DNA of 64,000 bases from Myxococcota bacterium (lineage in GTDB: Bacteria; Myxococcota_A; UBA796; UBA2385): assembly GCA_044344255.1 (NCBI GenBank), contig JBIJDH010000013.1, forward strand, positions 96,001 through 160,000. The letters run 5' to 3'. Shown here piece after piece: positions 41,758 to 51,184 of this stretch (the first letter of the stretch is position 1; every line of letters begins with the position of its first letter). The translations under genes and the position numbers were made by a program. A model generated the notes under the pieces. That model ran no database searches. It was not told the origin of the DNA and was given only the letters and a program-made list of their open reading frames with translations.

Positions 41758-44700
41758 CTACCAACCGGTCCCGAGACCGACGTAGAAACGGAAGCCGGGC
41801 TTCTCCGTCTCGTTCGAGAGCTCGTCACCGAGCGCATTCTCGCTGGTGTCGAAGATGTCATCACCGTTCACGTCGCCGTAACCCCGGATCTCGTTGAAGC
41901 CGTAAGCTACACGGAAGAAGGAGTCCCAAGGCATCGTATTCCACATGATGCTCCGAACGCGGATCTCCGCGCTGGCGTCATAGAGCATCGAGTTGCCGTT
42001 CTTGTACGCCTCGTCCAGGAAGGGGATCTCCCGGGTGACGTCGTTCGGATCGCGGGCGATGCGCTCTCCATACCTCGACTTGTAGTAAAGGCTCGCGTCC
42101 TCCGGCGGTCGGAAGGACCACAGGTTGCCCGCCGTGGCGCCGAACTGCGCGAAGACGCCGTAGGTGAACAGCGGCCCCGTCTTCACCGTGAAGTGCTCCG
42201 CGATCGGGAACCGGTAGGCGAGGTTCAAGATGCCCATCGTCTCGCCGGAGAGGCTGTAGTTCGGGTAGCCGGCGAAGAGGGTGTTCGGGCGCAGCGTGCC
42301 GTAGCCGTAGAAGTAGGGGTGCTGACCGCCGGCGTGGAACTCATCCTGCCCATCGACGTTTCGGTCGGTCGCTCCCACGCGGGCGTCGATCTGGATGGCG
42401 TGATGGTTGGCCCGCGCCCGCTCCAGGAGGGGGATGCCCCAGAGGGTGGGCAGGCGGATGAACTCCACCCACCGGATCTCACCCTTGTTGAACTGGTAAC
42501 TGTCGAGCAGCTCACCGTCGTCCACCGCGATGCCGCCGTAGGGCTCATAGACGATGTCGGTGAAGACGTGCCCGAGGTCGACGTCGAGGGTGCGGCCCAC
42601 GAAGGGGTTCGCGTCGCGGTCGAAGCCGCCCGCCGTCGAGTAGGTCGTGATCGTGCCCACCTCGAGGCCCTGCATGTAGCGCTCGAAGGTCCCGCTATCG
42701 ATCCCCTTGAAGCCGTACTCCAGGTAGCGACCATACACAGTGGTGTCCAAGATCCCATTCCAGGGATACTGAATCGCCAAGCTGCCAATGTTGACGTACT
42801 GATGGTTCCGGACGTCGTAGACGCTCTGGTCATCGGTGGTGGACGGATCCTGGTCCTCATCCAGCTCGTACTGGGCGTCGTACTTTATCTGGTAGTGGTA
42901 GGCGGAAAGAAAGATGTTGGGGTACCAGCCCTGGTAGAAGTACTGACCGAGGAAGAGAGGGTCCTCCCCGAGGTTGACCACCGCAGCGCCGCCGTGCTTC
43001 TCCACGAAGTCCTGCACGAAGATCTGGAACCCGGCTGTGAGGCCCCAGTTCGTCTTCGAGCCGTTCTCCAGGCGGAAGCTGGGGACCGCTGTGGGCGCGA
43101 TCAGGGACCGGGCGGGGCGGTATCGCTCCGGCTTCCAGTGAGAGAGGTCCTCACTGTAGGCCATGGACTTCGCCACCTCGGCCTGATCGATCTCCTTACC
43201 GGTCACGAAGAGGTGATCCGCAGGCGCGTTCATGAACTGATCATGGGGGAGCGCGTTGATCTTCCAGCCGTGCGCCGTGTAGTAGGCGAAGGCGAGGTGC
43301 CCGTCCGGCGAGACCTGCGGAGAGGTGGCGCCGCCGATCACGTTCGTGATCTGGGTGACCTTGTCCGTCTCAAGGTTGTACCGGTAGATATTGAAGATCC
43401 CGTCCGGCTCGGCCGCGAAGTAGATCGTGCCGTCCGCGGCCCAGTGGGGGTCCATCTTCTCCCACTGATCCCAGGTCAGGGGGTGGAGGTTCGTCCCATC
43501 GGCGTTGATCACGTACAGGTTCTGCTGATAGTTCCGGAAGATTCCGAACACAATCTGCTTGCCGTCGGGTGACCAGTCCATCTTCTGGAGCCAGGTCCCG
43601 TCGTTGTAGCTGGTCAGGTGCTTCTTGTCGGAGCCATCGATGTTGATGGTGACGAGGTTGAGCCCACCGTCCGTATACTCGAAGTACGCCACCCGCTTGC
43701 CATCCGGGCTGACCGCCGGGTCGGCCCCGCGCTGGGTGTTCGGGATGGCGTGCCACGAGCCCTCTTCGAAGACCTCGCGGCCCTTCTTGTCTCGCCCGAG
43801 CAGCCGTCGCTCCCGCGTGGTCACCGTGCGATTCCCCTCCTCCTTCTCCCGGGTGGGCATCGCATAGTAGTACAGCTGCTTCCAGTTGTACCCATCGAAT
43901 TCGCCGCGGATACCGGTCAAGTTCTCGAAGCCGCCGACGGGGCGGACGGAGTCCTCCCGCCCGGTGACCACCAAGGCCTCCTGGCCAGGGACGAAGTCCC
44001 AGGCATGCTCAAAGTCGGCTGGAAAGGCGGTGGAAAGCTTCGCAGACTGCTCCATCCGCTGGATGTCGGAGGGGGGGTAGCCCGACCACTCGGGGATCTG
44101 GTCGGCGTCCATCCGGAAGACCGACACGGCCTCGTAGGCGAGCCCGTTGTTCAGCACGCCAATGTACTTGCCGTCCGGCGAGATGCGCGGCTCGCCCGCA
44201 TACTTGGAGGAGGCCTCCTTGATGTCTTCGCGCTCCCACTCCCGGTGGCGCTCGAGCCACTGATCCCGCTCGGCGGGGTCCGCAAACTGCCACTCGGCCT
44301 TCCCGCCGATGAGCTCACGACCTGACACTTCGCCGCGGGCCTTGACCTCGGCGTATTGCCGCGTGTAACGGTCTGTTACGTACTTCCGCCAGTCGTTGTA
44401 CAAGGTCTCCGCGTCGACGCCGACCACGTCTTCGATGACCGTGGCCCACTCGCCGCGCCAGCCCGAGCCGTACTCGTGAGCGAAGGCGGCGTAGGTCTTG
44501 TCGCCGAAGCGCTGCCGGAGGTACTGGCCGAAGCTGTAGCCCTGCTGGTAGTACCGCTCGCCATCACCCCAGTCCCGCTTGGCGGCACGGGTGTGCCACT
44601 CGTCGTACTCGAGCAGGCGGTCCTCCAAGACCGTCATCCGGATGTTCTGGTCGCGAGATGCTGTCCAGTAGTTATAGCCCGCCTGATCCGACCAGTATTC

Positions 44701-45303
44701 GGCGCCGCCTTCCGTCCAGAAGACGGAGTCACCGTCTCCGATGAGGAACTCCGCCCCGATGTCGGCGTTGTTCACGCCATCCTTGTACAGACCGCCGAGC
44801 ACCACCGCCTGCGTGCCTTCGGCCAACGGGGCGTTCGCCTTGAGCGACACCACGTGCGCGAACTCGTGCACGAGCACGTCGGCGAACCACTCCATCCGCC
44901 CGCGCATCCGGTAGAACGTGCCGCCCGGGTTGGCGGAGATCTCGATCCAGTCCCAGGAGGGGATCGTGAAGCCCTCCAGGTCGTCCGACTGATTGAGGAG
45001 GACGATGTGGACCTTCTCCTTCAGGTAGTAGTTGAACTCCCCGCACATCTTCGGCCACATCTCCTCGGCGACCTGCGCAGACTTGCGCGCCGAGAATTCA
45101 GTGGTGAGGTAGTGCTCATTCCCCTGCTCCCTCGTCTTCTTGGAGACCGGGTAATGCACGACGAAGTGCTCGGTCTCGATCGAGAACCAATCGAGATCGG
45201 GGTGATTGTAAGGGAAGACGAACTTGGCTTCGGCGGGGTTCGTGTGGAGGGCCATCGCGAGGAGCGCGGCGCCGGCGACCAGCCGAGAGATGGAGCGGAG
45301 CAT
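41758..45303 (-). CDS. Metallopeptidase (HExxH) + PD40 propeller + Omp85/BamA-type barrel fusion
   Basis: Signal peptide; WFSIETEHFVVHY; HEFAH...WTEGGAEY; SPDG repeats; barrel region with AGY...G...NLAYRFPI and C-terminal FRFYVGLGTGW. Confidence 0.85.
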   Translation of the reverse strand: MLRSISRLVAGAALLAMALHTNPAEAKFVFPYNHPDLDWFSIETEHFVVHYPVSKKTREQGNEHYLTTEFSARKSAQVAEEMWPKMCGEFNYYLKEKVHIVLLNQSDDLEGFTIPSWDWIEISANPGGTFYRMRGRMEWFADVLVHEFAHVVSLKANAPLAEGTQAVVLGGLYKDGVNNADIGAEFLIGDGDSVFWTEGGAEYWSDQAGYNYWTASRDQNIRMTVLEDRLLEYDEWHTRAAKRDWGDGERYYQQGYSFGQYLRQRFGDKTYAAFAHEYGSGWRGEWATVIEDVVGVDAETLYNDWRKYVTDRYTRQYAEVKARGEVSGRELIGGKAEWQFADPAERDQWLERHREWEREDIKEASSKYAGEPRISPDGKYIGVLNNGLAYEAVSVFRMDADQIPEWSGYPPSDIQRMEQSAKLSTAFPADFEHAWDFVPGQEALVVTGREDSVRPVGGFENLTGIRGEFDGYNWKQLYYYAMPTREKEEGNRTVTTRERRLLGRDKKGREVFEEGSWHAIPNTQRGADPAVSPDGKRVAYFEYTDGGLNLVTINIDGSDKKHLTSYNDGTWLQKMDWSPDGKQIVFGIFRNYQQNLYVINADGTNLHPLTWDQWEKMDPHWAADGTIYFAAEPDGIFNIYRYNLETDKVTQITNVIGGATSPQVSPDGHLAFAYYTAHGWKINALPHDQFMNAPADHLFVTGKEIDQAEVAKSMAYSEDLSHWKPERYRPARSLIAPTAVPSFRLENGSKTNWGLTAGFQIFVQDFVEKHGGAAVVNLGEDPLFLGQYFYQGWYPNIFLSAYHYQIKYDAQYELDEDQDPSTTDDQSVYDVRNHQYVNIGSLAIQYPWNGILDTTVYGRYLEYGFKGIDSGTFERYMQGLEVGTITTYSTAGGFDRDANPFVGRTLDVDLGHVFTDIVYEPYGGIAVDDGELLDSYQFNKGEIRWVEFIRLPTLWGIPLLERARANHHAIQIDARVGATDRNVDGQDEFHAGGQHPYFYGYGTLRPNTLFAGYPNYSLSGETMGILNLAYRFPIAEHFTVKTGPLFTYGVFAQFGATAGNLWSFRPPEDASLYYKSRYGERIARDPNDVTREIPFLDEAYKNGNSMLYDASAEIRVRSIMWNTMPWDSFFRVAYGFNEIRGYGDVNGDDIFDTSENALGDELSNETEKPGFRFYVGLGTGW

Positions 45304-45321
45304 GGGCGGTCTTCCTGCGAA

Positions 45322-46332
45322 TCAGTACCGGAACTCGAGGGTTCCGCTATAGGTGTTTCCGCGGGTGGGATGAATGTCCTCGATGGGCCAGAACTGCAGG
45401 TCCTCCCCCCGTACCGGGAGAGTGGCCGCGCCCACGAGGTCGAGGCCCCGGGTGATGTTGAGCGTGAGGCCGGCCTTGGCGTCCAAGGACCAGCCGTCGG
45501 AGCCCTCGATCGGCTGGAGGTCCTTCCCGGGGAACCAGCCGTCCACGGTGGTGCCGATCTCGGTGACGTCCCGCCGGCGGTACAGCACACCGCCGTCCAG
45601 CGCCACGGGGCCCGCTTGAAGCAAGAGGTCGCCGTCGAGCTTGAAGACGTCGCCCGGCTTGATGCGGCCCGAGAACTGGTTGAGCTCCGTCTCGATCACA
45701 TACTGCACGATGCCCGACAGTCGACGGGTGTAGCCAGCGTCGACCATCAGCGCGAGCGGCCCGACCTGCTGCTTCGCCTGCACACCGGCGGTGAGGTCTT
45801 GGGTGCCCGTGGTGAGCACGACGGCGCTGAAGGTGGAGGGGCCCCCCACATAGTTGCCCGGGGACTCGTTCCCTGCCGGGGCCTTGTAGTCCCCGTAGAC
45901 GACGATCGAGGAGATCGGAGCCAAAGAGCGATACAGCTCATACTTGACTCCGAAGTTGGGATCACCGAGGCCGAACTGACTGATATCAGTCTTGCGCTCC
46001 GGGTTCTCGAGGTGCACGTAGTGGGTCTTCAGCCGCCAATACAGCTCCACGCGGCGAGCGATGCCGTAGCGGATGTCCAGCCGCTCCGTGGTGTATAGCC
46101 ACGATGACTTGTCGTCGAAGCTGAGGGCCTTGCCCTCGGCGCTCCAGCTCCCCTCGGCCACCTTCACGTCGGTCCCGAGCCCGAACTCGAGCCAGCCCTT
46201 GCCGATGAGGAGCGAGCGCTCGACCTCCCGGGCCGGGAGCGTCTCCCGCATGGTCTTCGCTTGGAACCCGGCGGCCATCGCCCTTGGGGCCGCGAGGCCC
46301 ATGCTCAGCAGGAGCAGGAGGTACCTGGTCAT
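45322..46332 (-). CDS. Outer-membrane beta-barrel protein (MetA/phenol-degradation 'transporter'-like)
   Basis: Signal peptide; RYGI...VEL, GLGDPNFGVKY, KAPAG, TTGTQD, PGD; C-terminal LEFRY; ATG 46332. Confidence 0.75.
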   Translation of the reverse strand: MTRYLLLLLSMGLAAPRAMAAGFQAKTMRETLPAREVERSLLIGKGWLEFGLGTDVKVAEGSWSAEGKALSFDDKSSWLYTTERLDIRYGIARRVELYWRLKTHYVHLENPERKTDISQFGLGDPNFGVKYELYRSLAPISSIVVYGDYKAPAGNESPGNYVGGPSTFSAVVLTTGTQDLTAGVQAKQQVGPLALMVDAGYTRRLSGIVQYVIETELNQFSGRIKPGDVFKLDGDLLLQAGPVALDGGVLYRRRDVTEIGTTVDGWFPGKDLQPIEGSDGWSLDAKAGLTLNITRGLDLVGAATLPVRGEDLQFWPIEDIHPTRGNTYSGTLEFRY

Positions 46333-46706
46333 GGACGACTTCCGCACTCGAAACAGGTGGGGTCAGGAGCGCCAGAGAGACGAGCAGACCTGACGGGAGG
46401 GGGTCGAGGGACCGAAGGGTCCGGAGGCCTTGAGAGGGCATCGCGGAGGGCGCGCCCGCGAGCGCCGGAGGGGCCCTTGGAGGGCGTTCGGCTTCGCGGA
46501 TGCGCGCGCGACGTATTCCACACCCCCCCACCCCTGTCAAGGTAGGGTCCACCGAGGGGCGGCGCTGAGGTCGGCGAGGACGCTCGGCCGGAGCACGGGG
46601 CGGCCTCGGGGAGCCGAGGTGACAAGTCTGTGTAGGCGCAGCGGAGGCGTCGTTTCGGTTGCGGCGTGGGGGCGGGGACCATAAGCACGCCGCCCCGGAG
46701 GCCCCT

Positions 46707-48440
46707 ATGCGACCGACCCCCGCCGACCCCGAAGCCGCGGAGGGCCGAACCGTGGGCCTGGGCCCAGAGGCCGCCGCGCCCCCCTTGGGGCGCCGGTGCG
46801 GCGCGATCGGCTGGAGGCTCGGACTGTTGGCCTTGCCGCTCTCGGCCGCCTGCAGCCTCGTACCCCTCCCGTTCACGGGTGACGCCCCTGAGCTGGTCGG
46901 AGAGGACGTGCGGCTCACCATCTTGCACACCTCCGACATCCACTCTCGCCTCCTCCCGTACGTCTTTGACCCCAGCTTCACCGACAATCAGCTCGGCCTC
47001 GCCGACGATATGGGCCCCTACGGTGGCATGGCGCGCATCGGCACCATCGTGCGGCGAGAGCGCGCCAAGTCTGGGCGGGTGTTGCACCTTGACTCCGGCG
47101 ACTGCTTTCAAGGCGCGATCATCTTCAACGAGTTCTCGGGGGAGGCGGAGATGCGCCTGCAGACCGAGATCGGCCTCGACGCCGCGGTGCTCGCTAACCA
47201 CGAGTTCGACAAGGGCGCCGCCAACGTCGCAGAACAGTACGGCGCCTGGGGAGGCTTCGACCTCCTGGCCGCCAACTACAACTTCCAGTCGAGCGCCTTG
47301 CCCTGGGCGACCGCCCTCGAGGACATGGTCAAGCCGAGCATGATCTACGACCTCGACGGCCTCCGCGTCGGTGTCATCGGCCTCGGCAACATCTCCTCCC
47401 TGAACAGCATCTACGACGAGTCGAACTCGCTCGGCATCCGCGTGCTCGAGCCCGCCGACATCCTGCCCGCCGAGGCGGCCAAGCTCCGCGCGCAGGGGGC
47501 CGACGTCGTGGTGGCGCTGAGCCACATGGGTCTCAGCGAGGACCAGCTCAACGCCGCCACCCTCGAGGGCGTCGACCTCTACGTCGGGGGCCACAACCAT
47601 GTGGCGATCAACCCGCCGCCGATCGTGGTGAACGAGCTCACCGGCCAGCGCATCCCCGTGGTTCACTCCGGCGCCTTCGCCAAGTTCGTCGGCCGCCTGG
47701 ATCTGGTCATCCGAGACGGAGAGATCCTCTCGTCGGACTACCAGGTCTTCCCCGTCGACAACACCGTGCCCGATGACGCCGCTGTGATCGACATCCTCGA
47801 AGAGTATGAGGAGGCCCTCGCCGTCTCGTACAACACGAGCCAGGTGCTCGGCTACGCCGACGAGGAGCTCACCCGCTACGGATCGACCGGCGGTGACTCC
47901 ATGCTCGGCAACCTCACCGCTGACGCCATGCGCTTCTATCCCGGCGTTGAGACCGAGATCTCGCTCACGAACACGCTCGGCATCCGCTCCGACATCCCAG
48001 CCGGCGACATCACCCTCGACGGTCTGTTCAACGCGATGCCCTTCGACAACTCGATCACGACGATGTTCTTGTCCGGTCGAGAGGTACAAGAGCTGCTCGA
48101 CTACGTGGCATACCGCTCCACCGAGCGCGGCTGCCAGGCGCAGGCGCAGGTCTCTGGCATCACCTTCGACATGATCTGCACCGCCGAAGACGCACACGCC
48201 GAGAACATCCAGATCAACGGCACCGACCTCGACCCAGGCGGCACCTACGAGCTGGCCACCAACGACTACATCGCCCACGGTGGCTCTGGATTCGAGGTGC
48301 TGGAGCGCAACACCACCCAGGTTGACACCGGCATCTCGATTCGAGATGTCGTTAAGTCGTCGATCATCCAATACAATACCCTCCCCCAGCCCGAGGCAGG
48401 TGTCTGCGTCGAGGATGGGCGCATCAACCCGGTGTACTGA
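46707..48440 (+). CDS. Lipoprotein bifunctional metallophosphatase/5'-nucleotidase (UshA-like)
   Basis: HTSDIH, DSGD, ANHEFD, LSHMG, GGHNH; C-domain LGNLTADAM, NTLGIR, MPFDN, ATNDYIAHGGSG; LSAAC lipobox; GGAGG before ATG 46707. Confidence 0.93.
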   Translation: MRPTPADPEAAEGRTVGLGPEAAAPPLGRRCGAIGWRLGLLALPLSAACSLVPLPFTGDAPELVGEDVRLTILHTSDIHSRLLPYVFDPSFTDNQLGLADDMGPYGGMARIGTIVRRERAKSGRVLHLDSGDCFQGAIIFNEFSGEAEMRLQTEIGLDAAVLANHEFDKGAANVAEQYGAWGGFDLLAANYNFQSSALPWATALEDMVKPSMIYDLDGLRVGVIGLGNISSLNSIYDESNSLGIRVLEPADILPAEAAKLRAQGADVVVALSHMGLSEDQLNAATLEGVDLYVGGHNHVAINPPPIVVNELTGQRIPVVHSGAFAKFVGRLDLVIRDGEILSSDYQVFPVDNTVPDDAAVIDILEEYEEALAVSYNTSQVLGYADEELTRYGSTGGDSMLGNLTADAMRFYPGVETEISLTNTLGIRSDIPAGDITLDGLFNAMPFDNSITTMFLSGREVQELLDYVAYRSTERGCQAQAQVSGITFDMICTAEDAHAENIQINGTDLDPGGTYELATNDYIAHGGSGFEVLERNTTQVDTGISIRDVVKSSIIQYNTLPQPEAGVCVEDGRINPVY

Positions 48441-48446
48441 CGGAGT

Positions 48447-49676
48447 GTGACGATGGCTCGCCGATGTAAACCACCGGCTTGGGGTCCGCGCCGCTTCGGC
48501 CCCGGCTCCCTCGTCATTTCGATGGGCCTCACCCCCTTCCTGCTGCCGGCGTGCGGAACAGACAAGGAGAAGCGGCGGATCGAGCCTACCTTCATCGAAG
48601 TGAACATCGAAGGCGACCTCGGGACGGAGGAGGCTCCCCTCCCCTTCTCGGGAGAGCCCGTGAGCTGGCCGGTCTCCGTCGCGACCTTCGACGTTCACCG
48701 CGACCCCTACCCCTTCGAAGGCGACCTGACGGCCCACGTCCGGCCCGGTCAGCTCTCCGGCGATCCCCACATCGCCATCACCGGCGGCGAGTGGACCGGT
48801 ACGCTCACCTTCGAGGCCGGCTTCGGCCCCACTCGCCTCTGGATGTCGGACGAGGGTGACAAGGACGTCGACACGGGCCGCTCGCCGAGCTTCGCCACCG
48901 GCGTCACCGAGGCCATCCACTACGCCTTCCCCACCATCGCCGAGGTCCAGGTCACCGACGACCCCGAGACCAACCAGATCGCAGGCGAATGGGGCGAATT
49001 CCGAGTGTCGGACCGCGAGGTCGTGGTCACCGTGGTGGGCACCGACGGCTTCTGGGTCACCGACCTCCTCGACGGCCCCGCCGCTTACGGCAGCCTCTTC
49101 ATCTATACGTTCGGCAAGCCGCACAACGTCGTCGTGGGCTCCCACATCGCCAGCCTCTCGGGCGGCATGCAGGAATATCTGGCCACCACCCAGATCAACT
49201 TCCCCACCTACACCGTGGTCCCGGACGCCACCCTGACACCGCCGGCCCCGGCCGTGCTCGACGCAGCGGCGCTCTGCGCCAACAGTGAGGTCGATCCCCT
49301 GCTGGCCGAGGCCTTCGAGTCCTCCCTGGTCGAGCTCCAAGGTGCCACGATCCCCGACTCCGTCGGCGTAAACGGCGACGACTACGCGGACTTCCTGGAG
49401 TTTGGCCAGTGGCCCGTCACCGCCGACAACGGCTGTGTGTTCTACGTCGAGTCGAGCTCGACGGTGGACTTCTCTCCGCCAGACCACACCGGCGCCACGG
49501 TCAACCACGTGCGCGGGGTCCTCACCGAGGTCTGGAACAAGTGGGTCATCCAGGTCCGTGACCTCGATGATCTCGACGTGGTCGGCGCCTCCGCGAGCGC
49601 CCGGCAAGCCGCTCCGCCTGCGCGGCCGGCCTCTCCCTCTCGTCTTCAACCCCGCTCTCCCCTCGGGTCGCCCTGA
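48447..49676 (+). CDS. Lipoprotein with YhcR/ExeM-type OB-fold region and no recognisable nuclease catalytic domain
   Basis: LLPAC; VVTVVGTDGFWVTD...SLFIY...VVGS...LSG..QEY..TTQI; EAFESSLVEL; VRGVLT....WVIQVRDLDDL; start uncertain (48447-48522). Confidence 0.7.
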   Translation: MTMARRCKPPAWGPRRFGPGSLVISMGLTPFLLPACGTDKEKRRIEPTFIEVNIEGDLGTEEAPLPFSGEPVSWPVSVATFDVHRDPYPFEGDLTAHVRPGQLSGDPHIAITGGEWTGTLTFEAGFGPTRLWMSDEGDKDVDTGRSPSFATGVTEAIHYAFPTIAEVQVTDDPETNQIAGEWGEFRVSDREVVVTVVGTDGFWVTDLLDGPAAYGSLFIYTFGKPHNVVVGSHIASLSGGMQEYLATTQINFPTYTVVPDATLTPPAPAVLDAAALCANSEVDPLLAEAFESSLVELQGATIPDSVGVNGDDYADFLEFGQWPVTADNGCVFYVESSSTVDFSPPDHTGATVNHVRGVLTEVWNKWVIQVRDLDDLDVVGASASARQAAPPARPASPSRLQPRSPLGSP

Positions 49677-51163
49677 TGCTGCTCCTGCTCACCTCCCTCC
49701 CGAGCGCCTTCGCGGGCGACTTCGTCGACGTGTGGGTCACGACCGCCGTAGAGGACACCAACCTCCGCGCCGGCCCCGACTCCTACAGCCCCTCCGCCAA
49801 CTTCGTCCAGCGCGGCAACCGGGTCTTCTTCGAAGACTACGAGACCAAGACGAGCGATGACATCTCGCGGGCCCAGCTCGTGCTGTACCGCGCCGATGAG
49901 GGCTTCTGGAAGGGCTGGTCCTCCGAGGCGGCCTTCGTCCTGCGCTACACCCCCTACCTCGACCCCGCCAAGACCAAGCCCGGCGTGGACGTGCGCGACG
50001 ACGGCTCCTACGTCCGCCTGATCCGCGATCTGCCCGGAGAGAAGCACAACGTCTCCCTCACCGGCTACGCGGTGGACGCTGGCCGCTTCCGGCTGGGGTA
50101 CTCCTACGATCTCACCTGGGGTGGCAAGGAGATCCACTCTTTCACCACGGGCGCGGCCCCGGGTGCCCGCCTGCAGTGGCAGAAGAAGGGCAACTACGCC
50201 TTCCTCGGGTTCAAGAGCACGGTCGGCGACTACATCGACCCCGACACGCTCCAATCGAACAATCAGGCCTACTACGGCTACCTCGGCGGCGCCGGCATCG
50301 AGCTCGCCGAGAAGGTCAAGCTCGAGCTCGGCCTCGGCAGCTTCCAGCAGGGCCAGATCCTCAACGTGAGCGACGTCTCGTCACAGCTCTACGGCGACAT
50401 CATCCAGGCCGGCGGCCTGAGCGCCCAGGTGGCCTTCCGCACCCGCGGAGACCTGGCCTTCATCGAGTCGAACGACCTCAAGCTCTACCGGAACAGCCCG
50501 GAGACGGCGAAGGACACCTACATCGGACACCGGCAGGTGGACGGGGTGGGCCTCCTCGTACAGGCGGAGGCGGACATGCTCCGCCACAACCTGCTCTCCG
50601 CGACCGACGACGACAGCACGGTTGTGGAGAGCGCCCGGGCGGGCGACGTCCAGACCCTGCTCGTCATCAACACCACGCAGGTGGCCGTGGACCTGGTCTA
50701 CAAGGACCTCCCCTACATCCTCTTCAACGTGCCGGGGCTCACGAGCGGCGTAGCGATGGACCCGGACATGGAGAAGACGCCGCAGCTCTACGCCCGCGGG
50801 CGGGTCGAGCACTACTTCCCCAACGCTCACGTGACGCCCAGCCTCGGCTTCGGCCTGATGCGCCCTGCGACCTACAAGACCGCCAGCGGCACCTTCGTTC
50901 AGTACTCCGAGACGGAGAAGGAGCAGGTCCCCGAGGGTCAGGAGGCCGCCGCCATCCTGTCGGGCGTGTTGGGGGCGCAGATCGACTTCTCGAAGTCTGT
51001 GATCATGCTCGGAGAGCTGTTGTACACCGTGGACAACAACCTCTCTGACTTCGTCTCCACCACGGACGAGGCGGGCATCGTCACCGGCGGCGAGCGCATC
51101 CCCTCCTCAGAGGAGGAGCGCAATGCGATCGGCTTCAACCTCATGCTCCGCGCTCGCTTCTGA
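49676..51163 (+). CDS. Putative outer-membrane beta-barrel protein
   Basis: Short signal peptide (SAFA), many amphipathic aromatic strands, C-terminal FNLMLRARF; TGATG overlap. Confidence 0.75.
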   Translation: MLLLLTSLPSAFAGDFVDVWVTTAVEDTNLRAGPDSYSPSANFVQRGNRVFFEDYETKTSDDISRAQLVLYRADEGFWKGWSSEAAFVLRYTPYLDPAKTKPGVDVRDDGSYVRLIRDLPGEKHNVSLTGYAVDAGRFRLGYSYDLTWGGKEIHSFTTGAAPGARLQWQKKGNYAFLGFKSTVGDYIDPDTLQSNNQAYYGYLGGAGIELAEKVKLELGLGSFQQGQILNVSDVSSQLYGDIIQAGGLSAQVAFRTRGDLAFIESNDLKLYRNSPETAKDTYIGHRQVDGVGLLVQAEADMLRHNLLSATDDDSTVVESARAGDVQTLLVINTTQVAVDLVYKDLPYILFNVPGLTSGVAMDPDMEKTPQLYARGRVEHYFPNAHVTPSLGFGLMRPATYKTASGTFVQYSETEKEQVPEGQEAAAILSGVLGAQIDFSKSVIMLGELLYTVDNNLSDFVSTTDEAGIVTGGERIPSSEEERNAIGFNLMLRARF

Positions 51164-51184
51164 GGCCGCCTGCGCCGGACCGGC

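Noticed and set aside
41758..45303. Calling this gene bamA
   Set aside because: No POTRA repeats; it carries peptidase and propeller domains instead, and there is no lpx/skp context.
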